Shown: positions 47,909 to 57,777 of the stretch, one piece after another
Layout: the number at the start of each line of letters is the position of its first letter
Position numbering within the stretch: position 1 is the stretch's first letter
NCBI GenBank assembly: GCA_016188605.1
Contig: JACPHP010000001.1
Coordinates: 1,327-65,326 of the forward strand
Source: Candidatus Spechtbacteria bacterium
GTDB lineage: Bacteria; Patescibacteriota; Minisyncoccia; Spechtbacterales; JACPHP01
DNA length: 64,000 bases
Direction of reading: 5' to 3'
Position numbers and translations under genes: made by a program
Notes under the pieces: generated by a model
Database searches by the model: none
Seen by the model: the letters and a program-made list of their open reading frames with translations, nothing else
What the model was told of the DNA's origin: nothing

Positions 47909-48448
47909 TTATGCCATTGCCGGGTGCCTGGCTGGCATAAATAAATTGCCTATACTTTTCACCGCTTCCTTTAAGCGGCTTTTCCCCCCGCTATTAGAGC
48001 ATACTGCAACATAAAAATGTAATAGGAAACATATGCTCGAAATAGCTTGTAGAGACGCTGGCATCATAATAATATATGAAATTAGAAAAATACTTCTAAA
48101 CAGAATTGTTAATGGCGCATAATACATGCTCATTTCCATCGGAGCAATATCGCTTGCGGACTTCATCTTAATTTTTTCAAGCATTGCGTAGAATAGCCCG
48201 TATAACGAAAGGGCTACTACGGTATCGAAGCCGAATAATATACTAGCTGGCATCGATTGATCAGCCAGTACAAAAAAGACTACCCTGATTAAACGAAAAA
48301 ATATTGCTATGAGCAATAATATTTTTGCCAATGCGATGTTGGTTTCGCCCGTCCATTCTGACCAAAAATCAACCGCGCGCCTCACGACACGCAGTATAAA
48401 ATTGTCAAAAGAACTTATGACATCCATTATAACGCTCCCCACAGACAC
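47909..48448 (-). CDS. Hypothetical membrane protein
   Basis: About 4 TM; AAGGAGG SD (start may be GTG 48442); terminator hairpin at about 47861-47888. Confidence 0.65.
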   Translation of the reverse strand: MSVGSVIMDVISSFDNFILRVVRRAVDFWSEWTGETNIALAKILLLIAIFFRLIRVVFFVLADQSMPASILFGFDTVVALSLYGLFYAMLEKIKMKSASDIAPMEMSMYYAPLTILFRSIFLISYIIMMPASLQAISSICFLLHFYVAVCSNSGGKSRLKEAVKSIGNLFMPARHPAMA

Positions 48449-48579
48449 CTCCTTCGGTAGTATTCAATACCCCAGCAGCCATTTTTCGTATTTTATAGAT
48501 TACATGATAATAACATCTTTGTCAATATTAAACACAATGCACTAACGCATTGTGTTTAATATATTAACTACTAGCTGGC

Positions 48580-49821
48580 TCATTGCCAATAATAGGCATC
48601 CTTAACCCACGTGATAAGGTTAGTCATCGCTTGAATGCGATTGGTGGAACCCAACACAACAGTGACGACAGATTTGTCGTTTGTAATCTTTGTCACAATA
48701 GTCATGCACTCTCCTGCCTCGTCGGTATAGCCGGTTTTGCCCGCTACAACGCCAGAAATTGCCCCGAGAAGCGAATTTGTGCTAACCCAACGATGAGAAA
48801 TTCCATCTTTGCTTTTAGTTTCGTATATTGGCAATGCGAGAATGCCGCGAAGGGTTTCGTTCTTGTATGCTTCAAAAATAAGCGTTGCCACATCAGACGC
48901 GCTCGCCACATTATTTTGCGATAACCCACTTGAATCTTCAAAAAAAGCGGAAGCTAGTCCAAGTTCGTGCGCTTTTTGATTCATAGTGCCTAAAAATGTA
49001 ATTCCCTCTCCTGAATTATTTCTATCATATTGTTCTTGCAGTGCCACCGCGGCATCGTTGCTTGATTCCAAAAGCAACGCGTACAAAAGCTGGTTTACAG
49101 AAAAAATTTCATTTACTACTAGATCCCCTTCTGTTCCCGTTGTATTTATTGCATTTTGGCTTATGACCACTTTTTCATCGAGTGCCATAGAATCAACAAC
49201 GACGAGAGCATTCATTAATTTTGAAATGCTGGCGATTGGCCGCGCGGTGAGGGAATCTTTCTCGTACAAGATTTTGTTATCAGGAAGCTCTACCGCAAGC
49301 ACGGACAAGCCATCTATATCCATAAGAGGCACTTGCCAATTGCGAATTGGGAAAAGATCGGGCGATCGCACTCCGTGCAAGAACAGAGAATTAGACGACA
49401 TCATTACTGATGAAACTGGTAGATTCGCGGGCGCGGAATTGTATTTAGATAGAAAGTCTTTCCAGTCTTGAATTAGTGGTGTTTGCGGTGATGGCTCTTT
49501 ATCTACTGAAGTTGGTTGAGTTTCGGTGGGGGTGTCATCTGCATTATCTTCTTTTATCGTTTCATCTTGGCTTGCAGATTGAGCTTCCTTCAATCCTTGT
49601 CCTTGCTGAATTTCAGGACTTTCAGCAGGTTGCGTTGGCGTATCGCTTACCGCTTCATTAACTGAAGCTTCAAAAGAAGAAATTGCCGGTGGCTGACCTT
49701 GCCTCGCCGTAGCCTCGTGCGAAGGAGGGTTCTGTACATTTCCAGCAAAAATACCCGCCAGCGCAAACACTGGTAGAAAAATTGCAAATCCAACTGAAAT
49801 AAGAATATGTCTTGTGTCCAT
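48580..49821 (-). CDS. D-alanyl-D-alanine carboxypeptidase (peptidase S11)
   Basis: SxxK (ASISKL), SxN (SSND) and KTG motifs; N-terminal TM and low-complexity linker. Confidence 0.92.
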   Translation of the reverse strand: MDTRHILISVGFAIFLPVFALAGIFAGNVQNPPSHEATARQGQPPAISSFEASVNEAVSDTPTQPAESPEIQQGQGLKEAQSASQDETIKEDNADDTPTETQPTSVDKEPSPQTPLIQDWKDFLSKYNSAPANLPVSSVMMSSNSLFLHGVRSPDLFPIRNWQVPLMDIDGLSVLAVELPDNKILYEKDSLTARPIASISKLMNALVVVDSMALDEKVVISQNAINTTGTEGDLVVNEIFSVNQLLYALLLESSNDAAVALQEQYDRNNSGEGITFLGTMNQKAHELGLASAFFEDSSGLSQNNVASASDVATLIFEAYKNETLRGILALPIYETKSKDGISHRWVSTNSLLGAISGVVAGKTGYTDEAGECMTIVTKITNDKSVVTVVLGSTNRIQAMTNLITWVKDAYYWQ

Positions 49822-49846
49822 TTAAGGTTTTAACTCTTTGAAAGAT

Positions 49847-49907
49847 TTGTCATCTCGAAGTCCCGTAGCGGCGGGACGAGAGATCTCTCACTATGTTCGA
49901 GATGACA
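49847..49907. repeat. REP-like element TTGTCATCTCGA...TCGAGATGACA, copy 2
   Basis: Reverse-complement homologue of 20036-20100. Confidence 0.85.
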
Positions 49908-49927
49908 GCTGCTACTAACGATCAGTT

Positions 49928-51328
49928 CTATTCTTTTTCTTTTACAGGAATAATCTTGAGATGTAATTCATTAAGTTGCGCTTCGTCAACCGTGCTTGGC
50001 GCTTCCATTACGGAAGTCCTGCCATTTCCGGTTGTTGGAAACGGAATTACTTCGCGAATACTCTGCTCTCCTAATAATACCAGAAGCCAGCGGTCAAAGC
50101 CAGCAATGCCTCCATGAGGAGGAACGCCGAAAGAAAAAGCTTCAAGAAGATGTCCGAAACGATCTTCAATTTCTTCTTTGCTATGCCCTAGCGCTTGAAA
50201 AACCTTTGTAAGAACATTGGGGTCTGTGGTCCTGATACTGCCTCCGAAGACTTCAGCGCCATTTAGCACCAAGTCGTATTGCTTTGCGCGAATTTGGCCG
50301 TACGCGGAAGGATCGTCTAATTTTATTATGTCATCATCTACAATTGCTGTAAACGGATGGTGAGCTGCTCCCCAACTTCCATCGTCTTTTTTTTCAAACA
50401 TTGGAAAATCTACAACCCATGTATAGGCCATTACATTTTTATCTTCTTTATTCTTGCGCACATCAGGGTTATCGCGGCCATAATCTTTCATAGCATCGGC
50501 GTATGACATACGCGGGAATGGCTTTTCCTGTATTGTTTTGCCCAGCACGTTCTCCGTGACATATACCACGAGCTCCTCAAGCAGAGAAATAATATCTTCT
50601 TGCTCTACAAATGACATTTCTATGTCTAACTGATCAAACTCAAAGAGGCGGTCGTTGCGCAAATCTTCATCGCGGAAACAACGCGCGAATTGAAAATACC
50701 GATCCATGCCGCCAACCATCAATAATTGCTTGTATTGCTGTGGTGATTGCGGGAGTGCGTAAAATTTTCCCGGATAATGACGAGATGGTACAAGGAAGTC
50801 GCGCGCGCCTTCCGGTGTGCTTTTGGTAAGGATTGGCGTGTCGATTTCGGTAAATCCTTTTTCCGTCAGCATATTGCGCAAGGTCTGCTTCACTTTGTGG
50901 CGCGCTTGCAATATCTCTCGCACGCGAGCGCGGCGAATATCAAGGTAACGATACTTCCAGCGAAGTTCTTCGCTGATATCGTATCCATCACCATCAATAG
51001 AAAACGGCAGTGTTTTTGCCACGCTTAAAACTTCAATCGTTTGCGCCAGCATTTCAAAATCACCCGTTATCATATTTGGGTTTTTCATGTTTTCAGGGCG
51101 GCGCTGGACTGTGCCTGTAATTTTCAAAACCCATTCTGAACGCGCGTCTTTTGCCTTTTCGTAGAATTCACCCGCAGAAGGCAATATCACGACCTGCAAA
51201 AGCCCGGATACATCGCGCATGTCCAGGAAAATAATCTTGCCATGGTCGCGGCGAACATGCACCCATCCGGCGATGGTTACCGATTCGTTTTCGTGTTGAA
51301 CTATGTCTTTTATAAGAATTCTGTTCAT
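49928..51328 (-). CDS. aspS: Aspartate--tRNA ligase, short form lacking the GAD insertion
   Basis: GWVHVRRDHG, YRYLDIRR, TPEGARDF, LPQSPQ, CFRDEDLR, HHPFT, GGSIR. Confidence 0.95.
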   Translation of the reverse strand: MNRILIKDIVQHENESVTIAGWVHVRRDHGKIIFLDMRDVSGLLQVVILPSAGEFYEKAKDARSEWVLKITGTVQRRPENMKNPNMITGDFEMLAQTIEVLSVAKTLPFSIDGDGYDISEELRWKYRYLDIRRARVREILQARHKVKQTLRNMLTEKGFTEIDTPILTKSTPEGARDFLVPSRHYPGKFYALPQSPQQYKQLLMVGGMDRYFQFARCFRDEDLRNDRLFEFDQLDIEMSFVEQEDIISLLEELVVYVTENVLGKTIQEKPFPRMSYADAMKDYGRDNPDVRKNKEDKNVMAYTWVVDFPMFEKKDDGSWGAAHHPFTAIVDDDIIKLDDPSAYGQIRAKQYDLVLNGAEVFGGSIRTTDPNVLTKVFQALGHSKEEIEDRFGHLLEAFSFGVPPHGGIAGFDRWLLVLLGEQSIREVIPFPTTGNGRTSVMEAPSTVDEAQLNELHLKIIPVKEKE

Positions 51329-51341
51329 AGTTATAGTTATA

Positions 51342-52910
51342 TTATTCGTTTCTATAAAACGGCAGTGACACTATAAAGGTTGACCCTTTCCCTTCCCCCT
51401 CTGACTCAACCCACGCCGTACCGCCGTGATCTTCTACAATACGCTTGACTATAAATAAGCCAAGTCCGGTGCCATTAACGTCAATTTTTTTACCTCCCTC
51501 CCCACGGGAAAAACGCTGGAACAACTTTTCTTTATCCGCTTCGGTAATGCCAATGCCCGTATCTTTCACGGAGATGCGCATGCGCAATGGGTTATTGTAT
51601 AATTGAGTAACGCTTACCTCCACAGACCCTCGCGGCGTATATTTTATCGCATTGTCGATAAGGTTCAATATCACCTGGCGCAATTTGCTATCATCTGCTT
51701 TGACGCAAAACCGCACGGCATTTTCTGGATGGTGCCAAATAAGCTTTAGGCCTTTTGATTCAGCAGAGATTTTTTGCTCGTCTACAATACTGTCTATCAT
51801 ATCGGGAATGCAGATTTTTTGGAAGACATAATGAAATTCGCCTCGTTCAATGCGAGACACGTCTAGCAAATCTTTCACAAGTCCTATGAGCACCTCGTTG
51901 CTTGAATAAACCTTTTTTAACGCGTCATTTGCGTTGATGTCTATTTTTCCGTAGTCGCCATCAATAACCATAGAAAGATAGCCCTTGATGGCCGTGAGAG
52001 GCGTGCGTAGCTGATGCGAGGCGATGGAGATAAACTCTGATTTGAGGTCGGAAATTTTTTGCAGTTCTCTGATTTCACGAAGCGTGCCGCGAATAAGAGA
52101 GATGCCAAATATAGTTACAAATATAAATAGAATACTATTGACTGAGAATTCTCGCGGTGTCGGCGATGTTAGTACATTTATGAGGAAAATAAGAATAACT
52201 AGAAAAGTAAATGTTTCTGTGGCAATAACGCGAATATTGAATAGCTGATGTCTAAATATGGCATATGCCGTGAGTATTAGAAACGGCAACGTAAAAATAG
52301 GCCCGAATTTTATGAAGAATGTAATGTGTAGCAATGCCGTCGCGACAAATTGAGTTAGTATAAGTAGCGCAAACATTAAGAAATAGCCAGTAGCAACGTA
52401 AACCATCTGCGCCCGCCTAAGTCCAGTAGCTATTTTTAATTTAAGTATCAACTGCCTACCTCCCAATATAAAGAGTAGGAGGATCGTGATGCCAAATAGT
52501 GGAATAAGTGACCCGGGTATTGGCGCTCCATTGGCATCAATGTACTTAAAAACAAATGGCGTTTGAGTGGCTATGATCGTGACGATCGAAAGTATCCATA
52601 TTCCTGCATGGGCGAACTTCGGCATTTTCAATTCCTCGTCCGGGAAGACTTGAACCAAAAAGAAAAACATCAGCTGCAGGAAAACCGCAACCATCAAAAC
52701 TATCCTTGCCCATATCAGCATGTATGGCGATGGCTGCAATGAAAAATAATTTGCAATAGTCCACAGAACAAGGGCTATTGTGGATAAGACAAAGAATCGT
52801 CTGCTGGGGCCCGAATCGCCCTTAAAATAAATAAGCGCGCCAAGAAATATACTTGCCGCGACAGCAATAAAAGCCGAGATAAATGTGACATCACCAAAAA
52901 GTGATGGCAT
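51342..52910 (-). CDS. Sensor histidine kinase with an N-terminal 7TM domain
   Basis: Polytopic N-terminus; SHQLRTPL, NLIDNAIKY, DTGIG, GTGLGL. Confidence 0.93.
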   Translation of the reverse strand: MPSLFGDVTFISAFIAVAASIFLGALIYFKGDSGPSRRFFVLSTIALVLWTIANYFSLQPSPYMLIWARIVLMVAVFLQLMFFFLVQVFPDEELKMPKFAHAGIWILSIVTIIATQTPFVFKYIDANGAPIPGSLIPLFGITILLLFILGGRQLILKLKIATGLRRAQMVYVATGYFLMFALLILTQFVATALLHITFFIKFGPIFTLPFLILTAYAIFRHQLFNIRVIATETFTFLVILIFLINVLTSPTPREFSVNSILFIFVTIFGISLIRGTLREIRELQKISDLKSEFISIASHQLRTPLTAIKGYLSMVIDGDYGKIDINANDALKKVYSSNEVLIGLVKDLLDVSRIERGEFHYVFQKICIPDMIDSIVDEQKISAESKGLKLIWHHPENAVRFCVKADDSKLRQVILNLIDNAIKYTPRGSVEVSVTQLYNNPLRMRISVKDTGIGITEADKEKLFQRFSRGEGGKKIDVNGTGLGLFIVKRIVEDHGGTAWVESEGEGKGSTFIVSLPFYRNE

Positions 52911-52920
52911 AAGAAAAAAG

Positions 52921-53955
52921 TTACTTTATTGTCTGATTGCTATTATCAAGATAAACGATATACCTGCCTGATTTTAAATCTTGTTTTGTAGTAATTTTTC
53001 GAACTGCATAAGCTACTGCCGATCCCGCGATTGTCGCGGTGGTTCCAAGCTGAGGCACTGCCGCAATCGTTTTGCCGATTTCAGAAAGAGACTCCCGCAT
53101 TCTTTGCGTGAGGTTAGCGGGATCAACTATTCTTGTCGCAACCTTTACCCATTCAGAATACGCCAGTCCAGCTATCTTGTCGGGATCAACTCCTTCAACC
53201 AGACCGTGTAGAATAGGTCTTTCTGGTTCTTCATCAAATCTCTCAACATCAAGTATAACATTATCTCCGTTATCTGTAGCCATAACCACCGGAATGCGAT
53301 GTTCGCGGCACACTATGCGTGAAAGAAGCTTTAATTCCAAGCTATCCATTTCATCAATGAAAACGTCTAATTTTGGCTCAAGAATAAATTTTTCAAGCGT
53401 TTGGCGATTTACACCATCAGTCCATAAATCCAATTCTGAAAAAGGGTCTAGCTCCCAAACCTGTTGTGCCGCAAAGTCAGTTTTATTCATTCCTATGGCA
53501 AATACTGGCGCGCGAAGGCGGTTGAGATTAGTAATCTCAATGACATCATAGTCGGCTATTTTTAAATTTTTCGGACCACCGCTGAAAACCAGCGCGTTTA
53601 TTACATTAGAACCAACGGAAAGACCTATAATTCCTACTCTCGCCGCTCTATATGTTTCCTGTTCTTCCTTGGTAATAATATTTTTGTTGCGCGCAGTGCG
53701 CAACTCAAGATAAATCTCCTCGCTAGGCACGCGCGCCACGATATTTCGCCAAGGATAATATACATACACTGCGGGCAAACCTTCGTTATTTTTGATAAAA
53801 ATATCGCACTTTTCCGCCCTCTCTGTTGGCGGAGCGGATTTTAGCGCGGGGTTGCGGATAACGCAGAGTTCTTTCAGCGCTGTGGGGATTGTGTCAACAA
53901 AAATCGCGCCGGCGGGTAACAATTGTTTATCTTTTTCTATACGAATTGATTGCAT
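52921..53955 (-). CDS. ThiF family adenylyltransferase (Rv1355c/MoeY N-terminal type)
   Basis: YVYYPWR, RTARNKNIITKEEQ, IIGLSVG, ADYD..TNLNR, DVERFD, PQL. Confidence 0.88.
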   Translation of the reverse strand: MQSIRIEKDKQLLPAGAIFVDTIPTALKELCVIRNPALKSAPPTERAEKCDIFIKNNEGLPAVYVYYPWRNIVARVPSEEIYLELRTARNKNIITKEEQETYRAARVGIIGLSVGSNVINALVFSGGPKNLKIADYDVIEITNLNRLRAPVFAIGMNKTDFAAQQVWELDPFSELDLWTDGVNRQTLEKFILEPKLDVFIDEMDSLELKLLSRIVCREHRIPVVMATDNGDNVILDVERFDEEPERPILHGLVEGVDPDKIAGLAYSEWVKVATRIVDPANLTQRMRESLSEIGKTIAAVPQLGTTATIAGSAVAYAVRKITTKQDLKSGRYIVYLDNSNQTIK

Positions 53956-53966
53956 AGATATGCATA

Positions 53967-55532
53967 TTACGTCTTTTTAGTCCACCTTTGTTTAATAGAT
54001 TTTACATTGAAGTATTTTTCATCTCCCTTGGCTGCAAAACGAATTGACGGAATAGCTCTTTCTCCAATAGCATCATAGAGCCGATTGTATTCAAGGTTTC
54101 TTTTGCGAAGCGCCGCGACGATGTAATCGCTTACGATTTTTCGGGCGAGCGCGCTTTCCTTTACGCCTTCGCGCAATTCAACAGTAATTTCCCAGTATTG
54201 GTCCTGGTTGCTTTTACTTTTTTGCTGCATCACAAATTTACCCGTCGCAAATGGCACAACTTCTTCGTTCTCCAATCCCTCCTTGATGTTTTCTGGATAA
54301 ATCTTTAGCCCGTAAAAAGAGATGGTAAAATCGCTTTTTCCAAATACTGCTAAAAATGGAAACGTCCATTTAGGTTGTTTTTGTACCGACTGATCGCTAG
54401 CAAGGCTTGAAATTTTCATCACTTCGTCAAAAGGAATAATTTTTCCGGCATCGTGGACGTTATACCTTACAAGCGGCACTCCACCCCTTGCCGTAAAAAG
54501 AAGCTCCCCTTCCTGTTCTTCGAAGAATTTAAAGATGGGATGATATTGCACAAATGTCGGGGTAAACGTTTCATCTCCCCACAATTCCGATGCTGTGTCT
54601 TTATCCTCTGATGCCGCGCGGCGTATGGCAACCGAAAGAGGTGTTTCGTGTCCCAGAATCCCCGAATCGGCAGAGCCATATATATTAATTGATGTAGATT
54701 CGGCGCTAGTCGCGTTGGTTTTACTTAGTATGTAGTCGCGAAATGCTTCGCTGAAATTTTCTGTAGCAAAAAGAAATTTTATCTTTTGATTTTCCCACGA
54801 TATCCCCCTTTTCTCTCCGGCGTCAATAATATCTTTAACAAACGGCGGGTACCCGGCGAGAACAATCTGGTTATATTTTGGGCCCAGTTCCTTTATAGCA
54901 CGCAGTACGTCATTAAGCTCAACTCCCGGAGCAATAATACTGATAGGCAACCCCATTTGCGATGTATGTAAAATAGAATCAAGTGTAATAATTCCGGCAA
55001 TATAAATACCCATTGAGAAACTTATTACTACAAGCGTGGGCGTGCTGCCGGCATCAAAAAATTCTTTTAATATAAGAGCGTGGATAAGAGACGTTTCTAT
55101 TTCAAGATTGTCACCCCTAGGCCAAAAATATGGCGTACCTGAAGAGCCAGAGCTGACAGAAAAGATAGTATTTTCTTCAACCTTGCCATCCCACGACAGC
55201 TCTTCGGACGAATATGCCTTGATATAGTTTTCTTTATCAGTAAAAGGTACATTCTTAAAATCATCTATAGTTTTAATTTCGGTGTGCTTGATATTGTTCT
55301 TTCTTAGAAAATCTTTATACGCGGGCACGCTTTCTGCCGCTTCGTGAAATAGAGAAAGAGCCATCTCTTGTCCGTGAGTTTCCCAAAAATCGGCGCTTTT
55401 TGAGCAAAGCAAGGAATTTGCTTCGTCAAGATTTATTTTATACAAATTGAGGATTCCGTCATATTTAAATCCACGCCTGTCAAAAAGGCGTAAGAAAAGT
55501 TTATAAAAAGGATTTAACGTGTCGTGTTTCAT
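53967..55532 (-). CDS. Phenylacetate-CoA ligase-like adenylating enzyme
   Basis: VPAYKDFL, SSGSSGTP, GYPPFVKD, YGSAD, PLVRYNVHDAG, KIYPE. Confidence 0.85.
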   Translation of the reverse strand: MKHDTLNPFYKLFLRLFDRRGFKYDGILNLYKINLDEANSLLCSKSADFWETHGQEMALSLFHEAAESVPAYKDFLRKNNIKHTEIKTIDDFKNVPFTDKENYIKAYSSEELSWDGKVEENTIFSVSSGSSGTPYFWPRGDNLEIETSLIHALILKEFFDAGSTPTLVVISFSMGIYIAGIITLDSILHTSQMGLPISIIAPGVELNDVLRAIKELGPKYNQIVLAGYPPFVKDIIDAGEKRGISWENQKIKFLFATENFSEAFRDYILSKTNATSAESTSINIYGSADSGILGHETPLSVAIRRAASEDKDTASELWGDETFTPTFVQYHPIFKFFEEQEGELLFTARGGVPLVRYNVHDAGKIIPFDEVMKISSLASDQSVQKQPKWTFPFLAVFGKSDFTISFYGLKIYPENIKEGLENEEVVPFATGKFVMQQKSKSNQDQYWEITVELREGVKESALARKIVSDYIVAALRKRNLEYNRLYDAIGERAIPSIRFAAKGDEKYFNVKSIKQRWTKKT

Positions 55533-55576
55533 ATTTTTATACGTGACGCAAACTTCAATAATATCTCATGAATATC

Positions 55577-56626
55577 TCATGTTAGCACTTCTTCAACTCC
55601 TCTTCGCGGGCTATGTGGCGCAACTTTTGTAGGATATCCTAGTCCAAAAAACATTTGCGGAGAGAGGGTCTGGTTAGTTTTTTCAAAAATAAAAGTCGAG
55701 AGTTTTTTTCTGGACTCGCCACTTTCAATTGCAGCAACCATAATGGACGCGGCCATGCCTTTGCTTTGTAATGTCAGAAGTACGCTTTCAAGAAGCTCTC
55801 CGGTATGCAGCCACGCCGCCGCATTATCATCTTTGGTGCTTATTATACCAACAGCTCCGAAATTTAGCACGCGCTTAATCGCTTTTTTCTCCTCTACTGG
55901 CGATACATCTATTAAGCGTAACGCCCAAGGTGCCGCAAGTGATTTAAGCATAGACATTTCGTGTCCAGATCCCGGCATGCCATCTCGGCTCATCGTCCAA
56001 TTATTGCGAATCCATGTCGCAAGTTCTTTGCGGAAATCAAGCTGCGACATTTTTTCTTTCATGCCTTCCCCCGCTATCGAAGCCAATAGTTTTTTATCGG
56101 TGAAATTATTGGTAATAGTTAGATTGATGCCGCTTTCGCTAACTAGATTCTGAAGATCATCAATAATTTCCGCTGGCACTTCTTTGTTCTGATACTCTGC
56201 TCTGTATGAAACGCGCTGCGTAATTGCTGAAAATAAGGCATCATCATGGCTAACAAGGCCTTTATCGTCGCATGTTAGCGTTACGGCGTGCTCGGCGTTA
56301 GCGTTTGAAAGCTGTTCGTTATAATGAACAGCGCATTCAAAACCGTAATGTTTTGCCGCAATAATCATATTTTCTGCGGCGCAACCAAGGGCGATATAAG
56401 TCATGCGGCCTGTCGGATCGCCAAATTGCGGGCGGCGTGAAAAATCAGCAATTATTTCAATGCTGTTATTATCTACATGAAATTTCCATGGTTGTGTGTT
56501 GTGGCTGGATGGCGCGAGGATGCCAAAACAAACTAAAAATTTTAGTTTGTCGGTTTTGGTGGGCTGGTCATAGAAACCCCTTGGGTCTATACTCCACGCT
56601 TCGTAGTTTGATGGTTTACGGCACAT
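55577..56626 (-). CDS. Acg-type FMN-binding nitroreductase family protein
   Basis: LAPSSHNTQPWKF, LGCAAEN, LFSAITQR, WLHTG, GLGYP..HSPRR. Confidence 0.88.
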   Translation of the reverse strand: MCRKPSNYEAWSIDPRGFYDQPTKTDKLKFLVCFGILAPSSHNTQPWKFHVDNNSIEIIADFSRRPQFGDPTGRMTYIALGCAAENMIIAAKHYGFECAVHYNEQLSNANAEHAVTLTCDDKGLVSHDDALFSAITQRVSYRAEYQNKEVPAEIIDDLQNLVSESGINLTITNNFTDKKLLASIAGEGMKEKMSQLDFRKELATWIRNNWTMSRDGMPGSGHEMSMLKSLAAPWALRLIDVSPVEEKKAIKRVLNFGAVGIISTKDDNAAAWLHTGELLESVLLTLQSKGMAASIMVAAIESGESRKKLSTFIFEKTNQTLSPQMFFGLGYPTKVAPHSPRRGVEEVLT

Positions 56627-56641
56627 ATAATGATCAAGTGA

Positions 56642-57718
56642 CTAAAGTTGTAACACTGTTTGATGAATAGCCTCCTGTACTTTTTTCATATCTTGTTCTG
56701 AAGGCACTGCCATGCGCACCGCGTTTGCTAGATACGGTAGATTGGCTGGATGGTGTGATAGGTCATTTATCAATATTCCGTGATCGCGCATAGCTTCTAA
56801 GAAATTGGCTGAATTTTCGGTTTTGAAAAGGAAAAAGTTGGCCTTCGAAGGATAGACGCTAATCCCTTCTTTGCGCAGAAATTTTTCCATCGCCGCCTTC
56901 CTTTCGGCAAACTTTTTCCATTGTTCTTCAAAATAATGGAGGTTTTTAAGCGCAGTTGTTGCCGCGTAAGTGCTGAAATGGCTTAATTCCCAAGGGCCGC
57001 GCAGTTTTATTATTTCCCCAACAATAGATTCGTCAGCCAACATATATCCGATTCTTAGTCCCGCCATGCCAAAAAATTTGGAAAAAGTGCGTAAAACTAT
57101 AAGATTTTTGTGTTTCAAGATGTCTTGTACGTGGCTATGAGGGTAAAATCCAAAATATGCCTCGTCAAGGATGACAGGTATGCCTTGGTCGTCGCATGTA
57201 GCAATAAGCTCATTTAGCTGGCTCTCGTCCATTGCCGCTCCAAGAGGATTGTTAGGGTTGCACAGCAAAAGCGCTTTTGCACCTGGAAGGGCTTGTTTTG
57301 TTTCTTCAAAAGGAAATTCAAAGGATGTTTCGTTGTCGCGGTAAGGAATTTCTACAAGCTGGATTGGAGAAAATTGCGCTCGGTAGTTATAAAAAGCAAA
57401 GTTTGGCGATGGCATGATAACCTTGTCACCCTCGCGAAATAAAAGTTTAAAAAGTAGGTCAATTGCCCTGTCGGACCCGCCGGTAAGAAATATATTTTTA
57501 GTAGAAACGCCCGTGTAATTGGCTAGCAAGTCTAGTAGTTCCTCGTATTCCGGGTAACATCCGACAGTAAAAACGCTGAAATCCTTCAGCTTTGCCAAAA
57601 AATCGTCGTTTATAAGCCCGTAGCTCTCATTCAAATCTAGTCGGATAAATTGCTCTCTTTTAGAGGGCATTTTGTAGCGCTTTTGTGGCAACGAGTATTT
57701 CTCTGTAGAGAAAGTCAT
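56642..57718 (-). CDS. PLP aminotransferase, HisC-like (class I/II)
   Basis: RLDLNE, YP, GSD, CNPNNPLG, LDEAY, LRTFSKFFGMAGLRIGY. Confidence 0.9.
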   Translation of the reverse strand: MTFSTEKYSLPQKRYKMPSKREQFIRLDLNESYGLINDDFLAKLKDFSVFTVGCYPEYEELLDLLANYTGVSTKNIFLTGGSDRAIDLLFKLLFREGDKVIMPSPNFAFYNYRAQFSPIQLVEIPYRDNETSFEFPFEETKQALPGAKALLLCNPNNPLGAAMDESQLNELIATCDDQGIPVILDEAYFGFYPHSHVQDILKHKNLIVLRTFSKFFGMAGLRIGYMLADESIVGEIIKLRGPWELSHFSTYAATTALKNLHYFEEQWKKFAERKAAMEKFLRKEGISVYPSKANFFLFKTENSANFLEAMRDHGILINDLSHHPANLPYLANAVRMAVPSEQDMKKVQEAIHQTVLQL

Positions 57719-57777
57719 ATAGCTTATATTATAATATCACAAAATACCTTTTAAGTAAATAGATAGGGTTTGCGGCT

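Noticed and set aside
56642..57718. Naming the gene hisC
   Set aside because: No other his genes are present, and the context suggests a specialised pathway.
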